Source: Minisyncoccia bacterium (lineage in GTDB: Bacteria; Patescibacteriota; Minisyncoccia; Phycocordibacterales; PALSA-1337). Taken from it: a stretch of 64,000 nt of DNA. The first letter of the stretch is position 1. Every line of letters begins with the position of its first letter. Below are positions 29,103-40,068 of this stretch, one piece after another. The stretch spans positions 1,766-65,765 of the forward strand of contig JBIIIW010000001.1 in the NCBI GenBank assembly GCA_044234345.1. Direction: 5' to 3'. Both the position numbers and the translations under genes were made by a program. Under the pieces are notes generated by a model. That model was not told the origin of the DNA. It was given only the letters and a program-made list of their open reading frames with translations, and ran no database searches.

Positions 29103-29447
29103 TTATTCTGTAATTGTTAAATTCTTCATTATCTGCTTTCGTAGAGTGTTTGAAGGAAGCATTCTGTATACTGCTCTCTCAAAAACTTCACTTGTACCCT
29201 TACGAGCGATAAGATGCTCTAGAGTCTCTGTGAATAGTCCACCTCTAAATCCTGTGAATGTAACGTAGTTCTTCTCTTTAAGCTTCTTAATATCAAAACT
29301 AGCCTTACTTGTGTTAATTATTGAAACCTTAACATCAGATACCTTGTTTCTAGAAAAACTTACTGAACTCTTACCATTAAGAAGAGCTGCAGCTTCACTA
29401 GCTACTCGTCCCAACTTCTTTCCTTGTGCATCTATAGTGTAATTCAT
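29103..29447 (-). CDS. rplM: 50S ribosomal protein L13 (short form)
   Basis: IDAQGKKLGRVAS, AVYRMLP; adjacent to rpsI. Confidence 0.93.
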   Translation of the reverse strand: MNYTIDAQGKKLGRVASEAAALLNGKSSVSFSRNKVSDVKVSIINTSKASFDIKKLKEKNYVTFTGFRGGLFTETLEHLIARKGTSEVFERAVYRMLPSNTLRKQIMKNLTITE

Positions 29448-29458
29448 GTTATTTAATA

Positions 29459-29809
29459 TTATACAAATTCAATCATAGCCATAGGAGCTGCGTCAAGCTT
29501 TCTTGGTGCTAGTTTAATAATTCTAGTATATCCTCCCTTTCTGTCAGCATACTTCTTAGCAAGGTTATCAACAAGAACCTTAACCTCTCTTTCTCCATCA
29601 ATCTTTGAGATTAATACTCTTCTTGAAGCAAGAGTATTAAGTTTAGCCTTAGTAACTAGCTTCTCTACGTATGGTCTAAGCTCCTTAGCCTTAGCTAGAG
29701 TAGTCTTAATCTTGTTTTCATTTATGAGATTTCGCGCAAGAGAACGCATCAAAGCGTTTCTTTGATCCTTCTCTAAACCGAATTTTCTTGTAACTGAATG
29801 ATGTCTCAT
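29459..29809 (-). CDS. rplQ: 50S ribosomal protein L17
   Basis: MRH, IKTTLAKAKELR, GGYTRIIK. Confidence 0.97.
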   Translation of the reverse strand: MRHHSVTRKFGLEKDQRNALMRSLARNLINENKIKTTLAKAKELRPYVEKLVTKAKLNTLASRRVLISKIDGEREVKVLVDNLAKKYADRKGGYTRIIKLAPRKLDAAPMAMIEFV

Positions 29810-29826
29810 AAAATTTAATTAATTTA

Positions 29827-30792
29827 TTACTTTAATGTTATACCATACTGTGAAAGCACTTTCTTGATTTCCTGTATTCCCTTACTTCCCAATCCTTCGA
29901 TATCAAGAATATCAACTTCCTTCTTTCTTGCAAGACCACCTATTGTTCTGATGTTTGCACTTGTAAGAGCCTTAGCTGTTCTTGGAGAGAATCCAATAGC
30001 ATCTATGCGTGTCTTTAGGAACTCAACATCTAGCTCTTGCTTAGGAGCAGATTCTGAGTCTGAAGAAGTCTCTGACTTTGTCTCCTCAACTACTTCCTCT
30101 TCCTTGAATCCAACAATTGCCTTAAGCTGCATGATCATAAGAGCAATTGAACTTTCTAGAGCTTCGTTAGGAGTTAGAGTTCCGTCAGTCTCGATAGTTA
30201 GTCTCAAACGATTAAAGTCTGTTCTGTCTCCAACACGCATGTTCTCAACTTCGTAGTTAACCTTCTTGATTGGAGTAAATGTTGCATCAAGAGAGATTGT
30301 ACCAATATCAACACGGTCCTTTGTAATGATTTCCTTTGAAACATATCCAAGTCCCTTCTCAACAGTTAGTTCTATATCAACATCTGAACTCTTGTCTGTA
30401 AGAGTAGCTAGGTGTAGCTCAGGGTTTAGTATCTCTACTTGTCCAGGTACTTCTATATCCTTAGCAGTTAGTGTCTTAACACCCTTAGCCTTTAGAACTA
30501 TAGTCTGAGGTTCATCTGTAATTAGCTTGATTCTTAGCTTCTTGAAGTTAAGAATTAGAGCGATAACATCCTCTTTAACTCCATCAATTGATGAAAATTC
30601 GTGTTCAACACCCTTAATTTTAATACGTGTAATAGCTGCTCCAGGTAGAGAAGAAAGGATAATACGTCTTAGAGAGTTACCAAGAGTATGACCATATCCA
30701 GGATATAGACCGTCTATTTCATAAGTACCACTAAAACCTTCCTCGCGGATTATCTTTGGCTTTGATGGAACAATTATTGAATGATTTGACAT
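29827..30792 (-). CDS. rpoA: RNA polymerase alpha subunit
   Basis: GYGHTLGNSLRRIILSSLPG, HEFSSIDGVKED. Confidence 0.97.
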   Translation of the reverse strand: MSNHSIIVPSKPKIIREEGFSGTYEIDGLYPGYGHTLGNSLRRIILSSLPGAAITRIKIKGVEHEFSSIDGVKEDVIALILNFKKLRIKLITDEPQTIVLKAKGVKTLTAKDIEVPGQVEILNPELHLATLTDKSSDVDIELTVEKGLGYVSKEIITKDRVDIGTISLDATFTPIKKVNYEVENMRVGDRTDFNRLRLTIETDGTLTPNEALESSIALMIMQLKAIVGFKEEEVVEETKSETSSDSESAPKQELDVEFLKTRIDAIGFSPRTAKALTSANIRTIGGLARKKEVDILDIEGLGSKGIQEIKKVLSQYGITLK

Positions 30793-30831
30793 ATATTTTT
30801 TATTAAAATTATTTTATACTCTGATAAGCTA

Positions 30832-31443
30832 TTAACGACTATAAAATTCCAATACTGCTCCGACATTAAACTGTAATTCAGAAGGTGCTACATTCGGTAT
30901 TCCAGCAATCTCGACTTCTTTCTTGTCGAAATTGAGCTTTAGCCAAGCAGGAATCTTAACTGTTTTTAGTCTTTCATCAAGAGTGTTGAATAGAGCTTTC
31001 TTCTTACTTCCTTCTCTAATACCTACGATATCTCCTACCTTAACCTGGTATGAAGGGATAGTTACTATCTTTCCATTAATTGTAAGATGACCATGAGATG
31101 TCATTTGGCGAGCAGCTTGTCTTGTTGTAGCAAAACCAGCACGTAGAGCAACGTTATCAAAACGTCCTTCTAGTAGGTGTATTAGAAGATCACTAGAGTT
31201 ACCCTTTGTCTCTGTAGCCTTAGCAACGTAGTTACCAAATTGCTTACTTGTAACACCGTAACTGTATCTAGCCTTCTGCTTTTCGATAAGACCTAGTCCG
31301 TAATCACTTCTTGTCTTAGGCTTAGATGACTTTCCAGCCATTTTCTTTTGCTCACTTCTTACAGCAAATTTCTGAGTTTGAGTTTTCTCAAATACTGGTG
31401 CTCCTAGTCTTCTTGCAATTTTATATCTTGGTCCAATTTTCAT
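30832..31443 (-). CDS. rpsD: 30S ribosomal protein S4
   Basis: SDYGLGLIEKQKAR, LEGRFDNV, EFYSR. Confidence 0.96.
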   Translation of the reverse strand: MKIGPRYKIARRLGAPVFEKTQTQKFAVRSEQKKMAGKSSKPKTRSDYGLGLIEKQKARYSYGVTSKQFGNYVAKATETKGNSSDLLIHLLEGRFDNVALRAGFATTRQAARQMTSHGHLTINGKIVTIPSYQVKVGDIVGIREGSKKKALFNTLDERLKTVKIPAWLKLNFDKKEVEIAGIPNVAPSELQFNVGAVLEFYSR

Positions 31444-31455
31444 AAAAATAATATA

Positions 31456-31881
31456 TTATACTCTTCTTGGCTTCTTTGCCTGAGGCCCATTATGAGGAAC
31501 AGGTGTCTCATCCTTTATAGATGAAATAGTTACTCCTCTTGAAATAAAACCACGGATAGCTGACTCACGACCTGATCCAACTCCCTTAACTACCACGTTA
31601 ATATCCTTAAGGCCAAGTGCCTCTGCCTTTAGAGCTAGAGTCTCTCCTACCTTAGCAGCTGCGAAAGGAGTACCTTTCTTGGCTCCCTTAAAACCTAGAG
31701 TACCACATGAAGACCAGATAACAGCGTTACCATCGTTATCAGTTAGAAGAACCTTAGTGTTATTGTATGTAGATTGAACGTACAATATACCAGAATCAAG
31801 TCTCTTTTTTGAAGAGCTTGTAGGTTTTGAAACTTTCTCCTTTGTTTCTCCCTCAGATTTTACTATTTTTTTCTTTTCCAT
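31456..31881 (-). CDS. rpsK: 30S ribosomal protein S11
   Basis: STYNNT, GFKGAKKGTPFAA, TPVPHNG. Confidence 0.97.
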   Translation of the reverse strand: MEKKKIVKSEGETKEKVSKPTSSSKKRLDSGILYVQSTYNNTKVLLTDNDGNAVIWSSCGTLGFKGAKKGTPFAAAKVGETLALKAEALGLKDINVVVKGVGSGRESAIRGFISRGVTISSIKDETPVPHNGPQAKKPRRV

Positions 31882-31898
31882 ATTTTTATATCAGTATT

Positions 31899-32279
31899 TT
31901 ATTTCTTCTCTTCCTTCTTTCTACCTGAACCCATAGTTTTTCTGATGTTTCCTCTTACAGTTCGAGAGTTTGTCTTTGTTCTCTGTCCCCTTACTGGTAG
32001 ATGTCTCATATGGCGAGTACCTCTGTATGTCTTTATATCCTTATGTCTCTTGATGTTAGAAGCTACTTCACGCTTTAGGTCTCCTTCAATCTTGAAAGTC
32101 TCAATGATCTTTCTAATCTCGTTTTCTTGATCAACTGTTAGAGCTTTAGGATCAGTATCAACTGGAACCTTAGCATCCTTAAGGATCTTAAGAGCGCGTG
32201 CACGTCCTACACCGTAAAGAACAGTAAGACCTATGTCTAATCTTTTTGTATCTGGAATTGTTATACCTAGTATTCTCAT
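31899..32279 (-). CDS. rpsM: 30S ribosomal protein S13
   Basis: YRGTRH...LPVRGQRTKTNSRT. Confidence 0.97.
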   Translation of the reverse strand: MRILGITIPDTKRLDIGLTVLYGVGRARALKILKDAKVPVDTDPKALTVDQENEIRKIIETFKIEGDLKREVASNIKRHKDIKTYRGTRHMRHLPVRGQRTKTNSRTVRGNIRKTMGSGRKKEEKK

Positions 32280-32291
32280 AGTATTTTAAAA

Positions 32292-32408
32292 TTAACCTTG
32301 TCTTTGCTTATGTCTCGGATTCGACTTACATATAACGTAAACATAGCCCTTTCTACGAACGGTTTTGCACTTTGGACAAATTTTCTTTACTGATGCCTTT
32401 ACCTTCAT
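32292..32408 (-). CDS. rpmJ: 50S ribosomal protein L36
   Basis: Manual translation [38 protein letters not shown]. Confidence 0.97.
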   Translation of the reverse strand: MKVKASVKKICPKCKTVRRKGYVYVICKSNPRHKQRQG

Positions 32409-32436
32409 TTTATTAAAAATCTTTTAAGTTTTGCTA

Positions 32437-32676
32437 TTAAAATCTCTTTGTTATTCGTGCCCTACCTCCGTATGGATCCAACTCAAGTTCTACCTTGTCT
32501 CCGATAAGTACTCTTATGCGATGCATTCGCATTTTACCTGCTAGATACGCCATAATGACTTCTTCTTTACCATCGAGTGCTACTCTAAAGAGAGTATTAG
32601 GTAAAGCTTCTGTTACCACACCAAATGCAGTAGTAGTAGCCTTAACTTTGTCGTTGATATTGATCTTGGAATCCAT
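32437..32676 (-). CDS. infA: Translation initiation factor IF-1
   Basis: [30 protein letters not shown]. Confidence 0.96.
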   Translation of the reverse strand: MDSKININDKVKATTTAFGVVTEALPNTLFRVALDGKEEVIMAYLAGKMRMHRIRVLIGDKVELELDPYGGRARITKRF

Positions 32677-32719
32677 TAATTTCGCGTTTACATATACTAC
32701 CAGAAGTACCCAGTAAAAG

Positions 32720-34060
32720 TCAATGCTTATACTCTATTAGTATCTTCTCTACGCTGTCTGGGAAGGATCTCATCCAAAAAGGAGTGATTAAAGTGTATGC
32801 ATTTGCTATGGCTGTATACTTAGCAAATACCGCACTACTGTCTTGGACCTTAAGCCCTCTCAATTCCTCCTTAAGCTTAGCCTCATTGAATGTTCCTGTG
32901 ATTGTAACTGGGCCTTTAAGGGTAAATATCATAGGAGTACCCTTCTTTATAGAGAAATCCTTGATATTAGAGATCTTGAATGCCAGTTCCTTGTCTCCAG
33001 ATATGTCATAGGTATCTGATGGGAACTTTTTTATCTCCTTACTAGCAATATACTTAACTAGAGAGTTGGATTTAAATATAGCACCATATGCAGTTCCCTT
33101 AACTGTGATCTCAGCGTTAGTTGCATCTTTAAATACAGGCTCAGGTGTCTCGTATTCAATGTTGTATGCAGTGTCGTATAGGATATAGTCCTTAGGAACA
33201 TTCTCATTTAGTTTAGTTACTAATTGTTCCTTAAGTAGATCCTGCATAGCAACTATCTTAGCCTTCTTCTGTGTCTCATCTATAACCATCTTGTTGCCAG
33301 AGAATCCTCCAGTGATATTTGTCTTAATTCTCGCATAGAAAGTATCATACTTAGTTGTACCCTTGTATCCAGGAAGCTTAAAGTCACCCTTTAGATCAGC
33401 TACGTTAATGTTATATTTCTCTCCTACCTGATCAGCAACGACAGCAACAGATATACTACCAGGAGTAGTCTTCTTACCAGGTACACTTACTGTAGTAGTT
33501 GTACGATATATTAGCCCTTCTGGTGTAGATATTCTAGTACCCGCCACCAATGTCTGAGCTGTTGCACTATGGTTGTTGTATATAACTACAGTTCCCTTAG
33601 CTTTAGTCTGTATTAACGGACCCTTAGTTGCTGGCATAGTCTCAACTAGAGTGTCAGATACAGTAATCGACTCATATTGCATATCAGTACTAGCTACAGT
33701 ATTACCTTTCTTAGCAGTAAATGTTCCACTAATATCAAAGTCAGCTGTTTTAGGGGTAATAGTTACTGTGGCCTTTGAGTATGAGAGAGATAGAGCTATA
33801 GCTATAACGGCAATAGATACTAAGATGATACCGAAAGTAATTAGGTATCGAGTTTTAGATACAGTTTTCTTAGCCTTTGGTTTCTTAGTAAAGATTGGTT
33901 CTACATTCTCAAATACTTCAGGTTCTTCCACTACCCTTCTTCTCTGAGGCTTAACTTCTACCTCCTCTTCATGCTTAATTGTAATATTTCTAATAGATCG
34001 CTTCTGAGAAGGAACTATATCTTGAACAACTTTTTTAGTGGAATTTTTTCTAATTGCCAT
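32720..34060 (-). CDS. Single-TM protein with baseplate-J-like periplasmic region
   Basis: TM then AKGTVVIYN...LVAGTR...[12 protein letters not shown] pattern. Confidence 0.55.
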   Translation of the reverse strand: MAIRKNSTKKVVQDIVPSQKRSIRNITIKHEEEVEVKPQRRRVVEEPEVFENVEPIFTKKPKAKKTVSKTRYLITFGIILVSIAVIAIALSLSYSKATVTITPKTADFDISGTFTAKKGNTVASTDMQYESITVSDTLVETMPATKGPLIQTKAKGTVVIYNNHSATAQTLVAGTRISTPEGLIYRTTTTVSVPGKKTTPGSISVAVVADQVGEKYNINVADLKGDFKLPGYKGTTKYDTFYARIKTNITGGFSGNKMVIDETQKKAKIVAMQDLLKEQLVTKLNENVPKDYILYDTAYNIEYETPEPVFKDATNAEITVKGTAYGAIFKSNSLVKYIASKEIKKFPSDTYDISGDKELAFKISNIKDFSIKKGTPMIFTLKGPVTITGTFNEAKLKEELRGLKVQDSSAVFAKYTAIANAYTLITPFWMRSFPDSVEKILIEYKH

Positions 34061-34071
34061 AATCCTAAATA

Positions 34072-35181
34072 TTATAACACATCATGCAATGCAATTGCAT
34101 ACATTTTTACCATGTTGCTAGTATTTGCATACTTATCGAATACAACATTGCTATCCACCTTGATTAAATCGTGTTCAACGATGTTTAGAGTAATTTTCTT
34201 TAGAATACTTTCTTTAAATATATTGAAGTATCCATGTGCTGCCAGGTATACAGTTTTAGGAATATTAGATTCATTAATATTAATTGCTGATACTAGTGAT
34301 GATGTCCATTCTTCCATTATTGGATCTATTATCTTACCAAGTCTTGTCATCTCTGATTCACTTAATTTACCATCTTGGTAGAGGCTTAGGGTTGATTTTA
34401 ATGCTTCTAGATCATGATTAGTTGAGTTGGATAGCTTGTTAAGTATGGTATTTATACCAATTGGATAGCTACCAATGGTCTTACATTGCCCGCTCTTAAC
34501 TACAACAAAGTCTGTTAACTCGCTATGAGTATGTATATATGTATATTCAATGCTGTCAGTAAATATGTTTCGTAGAGCGACGAATTGTAATAGCGAAGCG
34601 GAGTTATATGTGTACTTCTTAGATGTTAAGTGATGTTTAACTGTATCATCCAGTCTACTTATATATTCCTTAGATGCTACCGAACTTGCTACAGATATCT
34701 CTACTGAATGTGCTCTCTTGTTATCGAAATTAGTTGCAACGTAACCGTTTAGCTTAACCTCAAATATCTTCCTATCAATCACAGTTGAATCAGATCCTCC
34801 ACCCTTCTTAAACTCATCATTGATTATCCCCTCAATCAAGTCATTACTAATATCCGTATCCACCCCATACTCGTTCTTTATGGTCTTAATCTTTGAGAAT
34901 ACCCATGGAGAGGATAGTACATAGTTAATGCTATTAATTGTCTTACCAGAAATGTCCTTTGAAATACTGGACACAACTTGATCTACAAGCTTCAAGCTAT
35001 CCTTAGTTAGATGTACCGCATCCTTATGTCTTCTACCAGTACTAGTTTTAGTTACGACTAATGATACATGTAGTTTACCCAGTTCATCCTTCTCTATTAC
35101 TGATCCACGTACTAATCCACTTTGAATATCTAGAATGATATTAAAACTTCTCTTTGAACTATTATTAAAAAGCGAGAACAT
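34072..35181 (-). CDS. Divergent FtsA/PilM-like actin-fold protein
   Basis: ILDIQSG N-terminal motif, VKLNGY, YPIG; domain call is inference. Confidence 0.45.
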   Translation of the reverse strand: MFSLFNNSSKRSFNIILDIQSGLVRGSVIEKDELGKLHVSLVVTKTSTGRRHKDAVHLTKDSLKLVDQVVSSISKDISGKTINSINYVLSSPWVFSKIKTIKNEYGVDTDISNDLIEGIINDEFKKGGGSDSTVIDRKIFEVKLNGYVATNFDNKRAHSVEISVASSVASKEYISRLDDTVKHHLTSKKYTYNSASLLQFVALRNIFTDSIEYTYIHTHSELTDFVVVKSGQCKTIGSYPIGINTILNKLSNSTNHDLEALKSTLSLYQDGKLSESEMTRLGKIIDPIMEEWTSSLVSAININESNIPKTVYLAAHGYFNIFKESILKKITLNIVEHDLIKVDSNVVFDKYANTSNMVKMYAIALHDVL

Positions 35182-35270
35182 AGTGTAGATATTATATCAT
35201 CTATGTGGTTATGTTGCGTGTGGAAAAAGAAAAGCGGCCGTGTGCAACGGCCGCTAATGCGTGGACAGCA

Positions 35271-35552
35271 TTATTTCTTTACTGTTGGTTCATCCACAAT
35301 AAAACTCATTCCACTTAGATTCCAGTTTAATTTACATTTAGGACAGTGGTTTGCGTGGTGGAAATAATATCCACCAGGACGGTGTTCATCACGTTTACGA
35401 ACATCGATGGTCTTAGTCCAGAAATTGTTACATTTAGGACAGCGTCCACACATGAGTGAGATAAAAAACCTAATCATGATGAAGACAGCGACAGCCGTGA
35501 AAACAATGATAGTTAATGTGGGGACCATATCTGTTAGAGTGTTCTCTCCCAA
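35271..35552 (-). CDS. Small TM protein with zinc ribbon
   Basis: One TM, two CPKC motifs; terminator 35228-35255. Confidence 0.65.
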   Translation of the reverse strand: MGENTLTDMVPTLTIIVFTAVAVFIMIRFFISLMCGRCPKCNNFWTKTIDVRKRDEHRPGGYYFHHANHCPKCKLNWNLSGMSFIVDEPTVKK

Positions 35553-35608
35553 CCCTGAAGGAGGTGTTTGTTTAGGGTTACTTTTAAAAGTATACTACAT
35601 CTTATGAG

Positions 35609-37399
35609 CTATGTCAACACTGCCTTTATCCTCCTCACTCCTTGAGAACTAGCTTCCTCCTTCTGTATCTTAAATACTCCAAGCTCTGAAGTATTCTTAA
35701 CATGTGGACCTCCACAGAATTCTTTAGAGTATGCAGTTTCTAGGGAATTACCGATAAAGTATATTGATACTTCATCTCCATACTTCTCTCCGAAGAAATG
35801 TCTTGCTCCAGTCTTAAGAGCTTCTTCTTTCGGAAGAACTACATTCTGCATTGGCAATGCTTGCTTGATCTTCTCATTAACTATATCCTCTACCTTCTTC
35901 TTTTCTTCATCCGTCATCTTCTTGTTGTACGAGAAATCAAATCTTAATCTCTCAGCCGTTATATTAGATCCCTTCTGCCCTACTCCTTCCCCAAGTACAT
36001 CATGTAGTGCCTGGTGTAGTAGGTGGGTCGCTGTATGGTACTTAATCACCATAGGATTAGTATCATCTGCTAGTCCTCCTTTAAACTTCTGTTCTGCTCC
36101 GGATCTAGATAGTTCTTGATGCTTCTTGAACTCCTCATTGTATTTTTCAATATCAACTGTAATACCCTTCTCTTTCGATAGTTCAAGTGTTAACTCTATA
36201 GGAAAACCATAACTTGAGAACAGGGTAAATGCATCTGTACCTTTATCGAATTCCTTAAGCCCCTTCTCAAGTGTCTTTCTAAACTTCTCCTCCTCCTGAT
36301 TAATCTCATTTCTAATATATTCAAGTTTGTCTTGTATGATTGGATATGAGTCCTTGTATGTATTTGCAAAGATATTAACTAAATCCTTTAGTGTATTCTC
36401 TTGTACCCCTAACCTATTAGCATTAACTATAGCTCGTCTCAATAGTCTTCGTAGTATGTATCCTCTATCAGTATTAGATGGAGTAACTCCGTCTGTGATC
36501 AGGAATACAGATGCACGAATATGATCAGCAACAATTCTTGCGGACTTTAGATCAAAGTTCTTAGATACAGAAGATATCTTCTCCATTACTGGTTTGAATA
36601 GGTCGGTATCATATATATTGTCTACTCCTTGTAGAGTCATAGTAAGTCTCTCCAATCCAGCACCTGTATCTACTGAAGGTTTAGGTAAGGTACCGACTAT
36701 AGCTCCATCCTTCTTCTCATATTGCATGAATACATCATTCCATACCTCAACAACAGTTCTCTCATCATCTGCCTTAACATATTCTTCATGAGTTAGTCCT
36801 CTGCCTCCAAATGTATTTGATATATCGTAGAACATCTCCGTATCTGGTCCACAAGGTCCATTGTCTCCAGCCTCCCACCAGTTATTCTTCGCAGGGAGGT
36901 AGTATAGTCTGTTACCTTCAATACCATTTCTCTTGAATATATCCTTCCAGATGTTCGCAGCTTCTTCATCACGAGGAGCTATGCTATCTCCTTCAAATAC
37001 AGTTACATATAGTCTGTTAGGATCAAGTCCTAATCCTTCTTCTTTGTTTGTTAAGAATTCAAAACTCCATTCTATAGCGTCTTTTTTGAAATAGTCACCA
37101 AGAGACCAGTTACCAAGCATTTCAAAGAATGTAGCATGTGTCTTGTCTCCAATATCATCTATATCAACAGTACGAAGACATTTCTGTGTATCAACTAATC
37201 TAGTTCCGTTTGGATGAGTCTTACCAAGTAGGTATGGCACTAGAGGTTGCATACCTGCAGTATTAAAAAGTGTTGAATTAGTTATTCCCTTCTCATCTGT
37301 TGTTACAAGAGATGCTGAAGGTATGACAACATGCCCTCTCTTCTCGAAGAATTTAAGGAATCTAGATCTTATATCGCTACTTGTTAACTTTGGGTTCAT
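35609..37399 (-). CDS. alaS: Alanine--tRNA ligase (compact, no C-Ala domain)
   Basis: LFNTAGMQP, HATFFEMLGNWS, DTGAGLER, HTATHLL, EFCGGPH. Confidence 0.96.
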   Translation of the reverse strand: MNPKLTSSDIRSRFLKFFEKRGHVVIPSASLVTTDEKGITNSTLFNTAGMQPLVPYLLGKTHPNGTRLVDTQKCLRTVDIDDIGDKTHATFFEMLGNWSLGDYFKKDAIEWSFEFLTNKEEGLGLDPNRLYVTVFEGDSIAPRDEEAANIWKDIFKRNGIEGNRLYYLPAKNNWWEAGDNGPCGPDTEMFYDISNTFGGRGLTHEEYVKADDERTVVEVWNDVFMQYEKKDGAIVGTLPKPSVDTGAGLERLTMTLQGVDNIYDTDLFKPVMEKISSVSKNFDLKSARIVADHIRASVFLITDGVTPSNTDRGYILRRLLRRAIVNANRLGVQENTLKDLVNIFANTYKDSYPIIQDKLEYIRNEINQEEEKFRKTLEKGLKEFDKGTDAFTLFSSYGFPIELTLELSKEKGITVDIEKYNEEFKKHQELSRSGAEQKFKGGLADDTNPMVIKYHTATHLLHQALHDVLGEGVGQKGSNITAERLRFDFSYNKKMTDEEKKKVEDIVNEKIKQALPMQNVVLPKEEALKTGARHFFGEKYGDEVSIYFIGNSLETAYSKEFCGGPHVKNTSELGVFKIQKEEASSQGVRRIKAVLT

Positions 37400-37450
37400 G
37401 GAAAGAGTTTAGCATAAAATTAGGGGAAAATGAAAATACATTGCGTCAAC

Positions 37451-39220
37451 CTACTTCTTCTTACTAACCAACCTCTCTAGCATATCTACATCCTTTTTAA
37501 TTTCCCCTAATCCCTCACTAAAGAAATTCTTGTCTGTAACATCAATTCCGATACTCTTGTATATATTCTCTGGCGTATCACTACCTCCTGCCTTAAGAAA
37601 CTTTTCAATTGAAGCTATAAAGCTCTTGTCTTCCTTGTATCTCTTAAGCATAACCTTACTAACCAGCATTCCGTATGCATAAGTGTATACATAAAAGAAT
37701 CTTCTAATATGACCCCATTGAACGAAGAAATATCCATCATCCTCTTCCATCTTGAATACTGGACCGAGGTATGCACTCATATTCTTGTTATGAAGATTGG
37801 CTAATTCCTCTTTTGTAACTAGTCCCTTGTTACGTACAACACTATGTATATCAGATTCAAAGTTAAAACATGCTATCTGTCTAAAGATTGTTTGCATTTC
37901 ATCATCTATCTTGTCATGTAAAGCTACAATCTTGTCGCTATCACTTAGAGTCTCAGCGAATGTATCGAATGCTAAACTTTCAAAAAATGTACTCGCGGTC
38001 TCGGCAGTAGTTGTGGAGTATTGGCAATATACTGGACCAGCTTTCTTTGATAGTTCTGTATGGAATGCATGTCCCATCTCATGAGCTAGTGTTGAATATG
38101 AGTTAAGATCATTAATATGATTTAGTAATACAAGTGTAGGGTTCTCGTATGTGCCCCAGCAATACGCTCCTCCGTGCTTACCTTTCTGTGGAGCTACGTC
38201 TATTTGACCGTTATTAACATACTGACTCAACATATCAGCATATTTAGTATCGAACGTATTAAGTGTTGTATTTAGTCTCTTAATCGATTCTTTATATGCA
38301 AAGTCCCCCTTAATCTTCTTGTATGATACAGCTCTATCTGAGTAGTTTAGCTTCTTAAGCTTTAGTAGCTTTGCTTTAATCTTAAAAAACTTATGTGCAA
38401 CTGGAAAATACTTTGTCACACTAGAGACTAGATTTTCTACAACTAGAGGATCATTCCTATACCCTAATATTGTTGCTAGTTGTGGAGTATCAAATCCTCT
38501 TAGTTCATCATCAATCTTTTTGTTGATATATACAGCATTGATTTCTGCTTCTGAGAAGAATGCAATACTTTTAAGTTCAGCATTCACTAATTTAGATAGC
38601 TTAACTCTTTCTGATTTGTTTAGATTCTTAATTAAATTACTAGCCTCTTGTAAAGGAAGCTTCTTACCCTTCCAGTCTACTGTTAATCCTGATATCGCCT
38701 TGTCATGACTATCGTTCCAAAAGTCTGATGACGGTATTCTCTTGAGATTAATGATCTTCTCTTCAGCTTCTGATAGAAGATACTTGGCATCGTCAAAAGT
38801 ACATTTAAGGAAGAAGGTATAGTATGCAAGGTCAGGATCTGATAGCAGCTGTTGTTGAATATCACCACTAATCACTCCAAGCTTGATTGTAAAGAATGTA
38901 ATATTGTTTATACACTTCGTTGTTCTGCTATTGTAAAGGTTTAGCATTGACTGAGCCTTCTCATTCGAAGAATTTTTATGAGTTAAAAAAGTCAGATATG
39001 TTACTGGCTTGGATGGTAGCTTGCCTATAATTAGGAAATAGTCTTCGAGAGATTGTTTAAGTGCTGTTTTGTTGTTCTCAAGAGATTGACTATGGTAATT
39101 GGTATAGAAATCTAGACAAAGTCTCTCCAACTGCTCCATATCAGTCTCTATTCTAGGATCATTTATTGATTTATAGAACAAACTAAAATTCCATTCGGTA
39201 TTAATCTTGTTGTTTTTCAT
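37451..39220 (-). CDS. pepF: M3B oligoendopeptidase F
   Basis: GKHGGAYC, TLAHEMGHAFH, AETASTFFE, FYVYTYAYG. Confidence 0.9.
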   Translation of the reverse strand: MKNNKINTEWNFSLFYKSINDPRIETDMEQLERLCLDFYTNYHSQSLENNKTALKQSLEDYFLIIGKLPSKPVTYLTFLTHKNSSNEKAQSMLNLYNSRTTKCINNITFFTIKLGVISGDIQQQLLSDPDLAYYTFFLKCTFDDAKYLLSEAEEKIINLKRIPSSDFWNDSHDKAISGLTVDWKGKKLPLQEASNLIKNLNKSERVKLSKLVNAELKSIAFFSEAEINAVYINKKIDDELRGFDTPQLATILGYRNDPLVVENLVSSVTKYFPVAHKFFKIKAKLLKLKKLNYSDRAVSYKKIKGDFAYKESIKRLNTTLNTFDTKYADMLSQYVNNGQIDVAPQKGKHGGAYCWGTYENPTLVLLNHINDLNSYSTLAHEMGHAFHTELSKKAGPVYCQYSTTTAETASTFFESLAFDTFAETLSDSDKIVALHDKIDDEMQTIFRQIACFNFESDIHSVVRNKGLVTKEELANLHNKNMSAYLGPVFKMEEDDGYFFVQWGHIRRFFYVYTYAYGMLVSKVMLKRYKEDKSFIASIEKFLKAGGSDTPENIYKSIGIDVTDKNFFSEGLGEIKKDVDMLERLVSKKK

Positions 39221-39225
39221 AGTAT

Positions 39226-40068
39226 TTACTCTATCCCACAAACCTCCTTAATCTCGGCTATAACCTCCTCTTTCTCTGGAGACTTCATACCAATCTCGTC
39301 TAACACACTCTGATTATTATATATCTCCATACAAAGCACAACACCCTTCTTTAATAGCTCCTTTTTGAATGTATTAGATATAGATACAAGACAAGTAAAA
39401 GGATGTAGATGTAGTTCTTCGATAATGTCCTGTAAGTTACCCTTTGCTGGATAGTTCCATCCCAACATCTTAACTCCATTACACTCTCCGTACTTAATTG
39501 CTTGTTCTGTAAACTTTGTATTAGTAATGAGCCAACCTTCTGTTAGTTTCCTCTGTATCCCTCCATAGTCGAACATATTACCCTTAAGGTCATCGAAACG
39601 AGCTTTGATGTACAGTACAACCTTAAGATCTGACTTCATATCAAGTTCATTATGGAACTTAGCTTCCACCATAACTAACTTGCTATCATTCCATGCTACG
39701 ATATCTACCTCATGAGGAACACATACACCAAGAACACTCTGATCAGTTAATGTCTGATATCCTCTAGCTTCAAACATCTTTGCAATATACTTCTCGAAAG
39801 GAAAACCATCTGGACCAAGTTCAGAGAGAGCTCTGCGAAGCGAATACTTTACAGCAACTGGTAGAGAATGACTTCTAAGTAGCTTAAATGCTCTAGAATA
39901 TATCTCACTAGTTGGCATACCGTCATACATCTCCTTACTTATATGGCCCAGTATTTCTTCTATAACCTCTTCACTACCTCCGGAGTTCTTTAGAGAATCA
40001 ATTAATTTATGTTCTTCGAATAATTCCTTTGTACCATCAGCCTTTGTAATTTGTATTAAGTGATTCAT
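39226..40068 (-). CDS. ATP-cone plus Mrr-like PD-(D/E)xK nuclease protein
   Basis: ITKADG ATP-cone, GFPFEKY, EVDIV...VEAKFH; start 40068 from TGCTATAAT-N6-ATG. Confidence 0.8.
   Translation of the reverse strand: MNHLIQITKADGTKELFEEHKLIDSLKNSGGSEEVIEEILGHISKEMYDGMPTSEIYSRAFKLLRSHSLPVAVKYSLRRALSELGPDGFPFEKYIAKMFEARGYQTLTDQSVLGVCVPHEVDIVAWNDSKLVMVEAKFHNELDMKSDLKVVLYIKARFDDLKGNMFDYGGIQRKLTEGWLITNTKFTEQAIKYGECNGVKMLGWNYPAKGNLQDIIEELHLHPFTCLVSISNTFKKELLKKGVVLCMEIYNNQSVLDEIGMKSPEKEEVIAEIKEVCGIE

Noticed and set aside
32720-34060. Baseplate-J-like gene as a prophage or contractile injection system
   Set aside because: Single TM-anchored gene in core context with no sheath, tube or other tail genes
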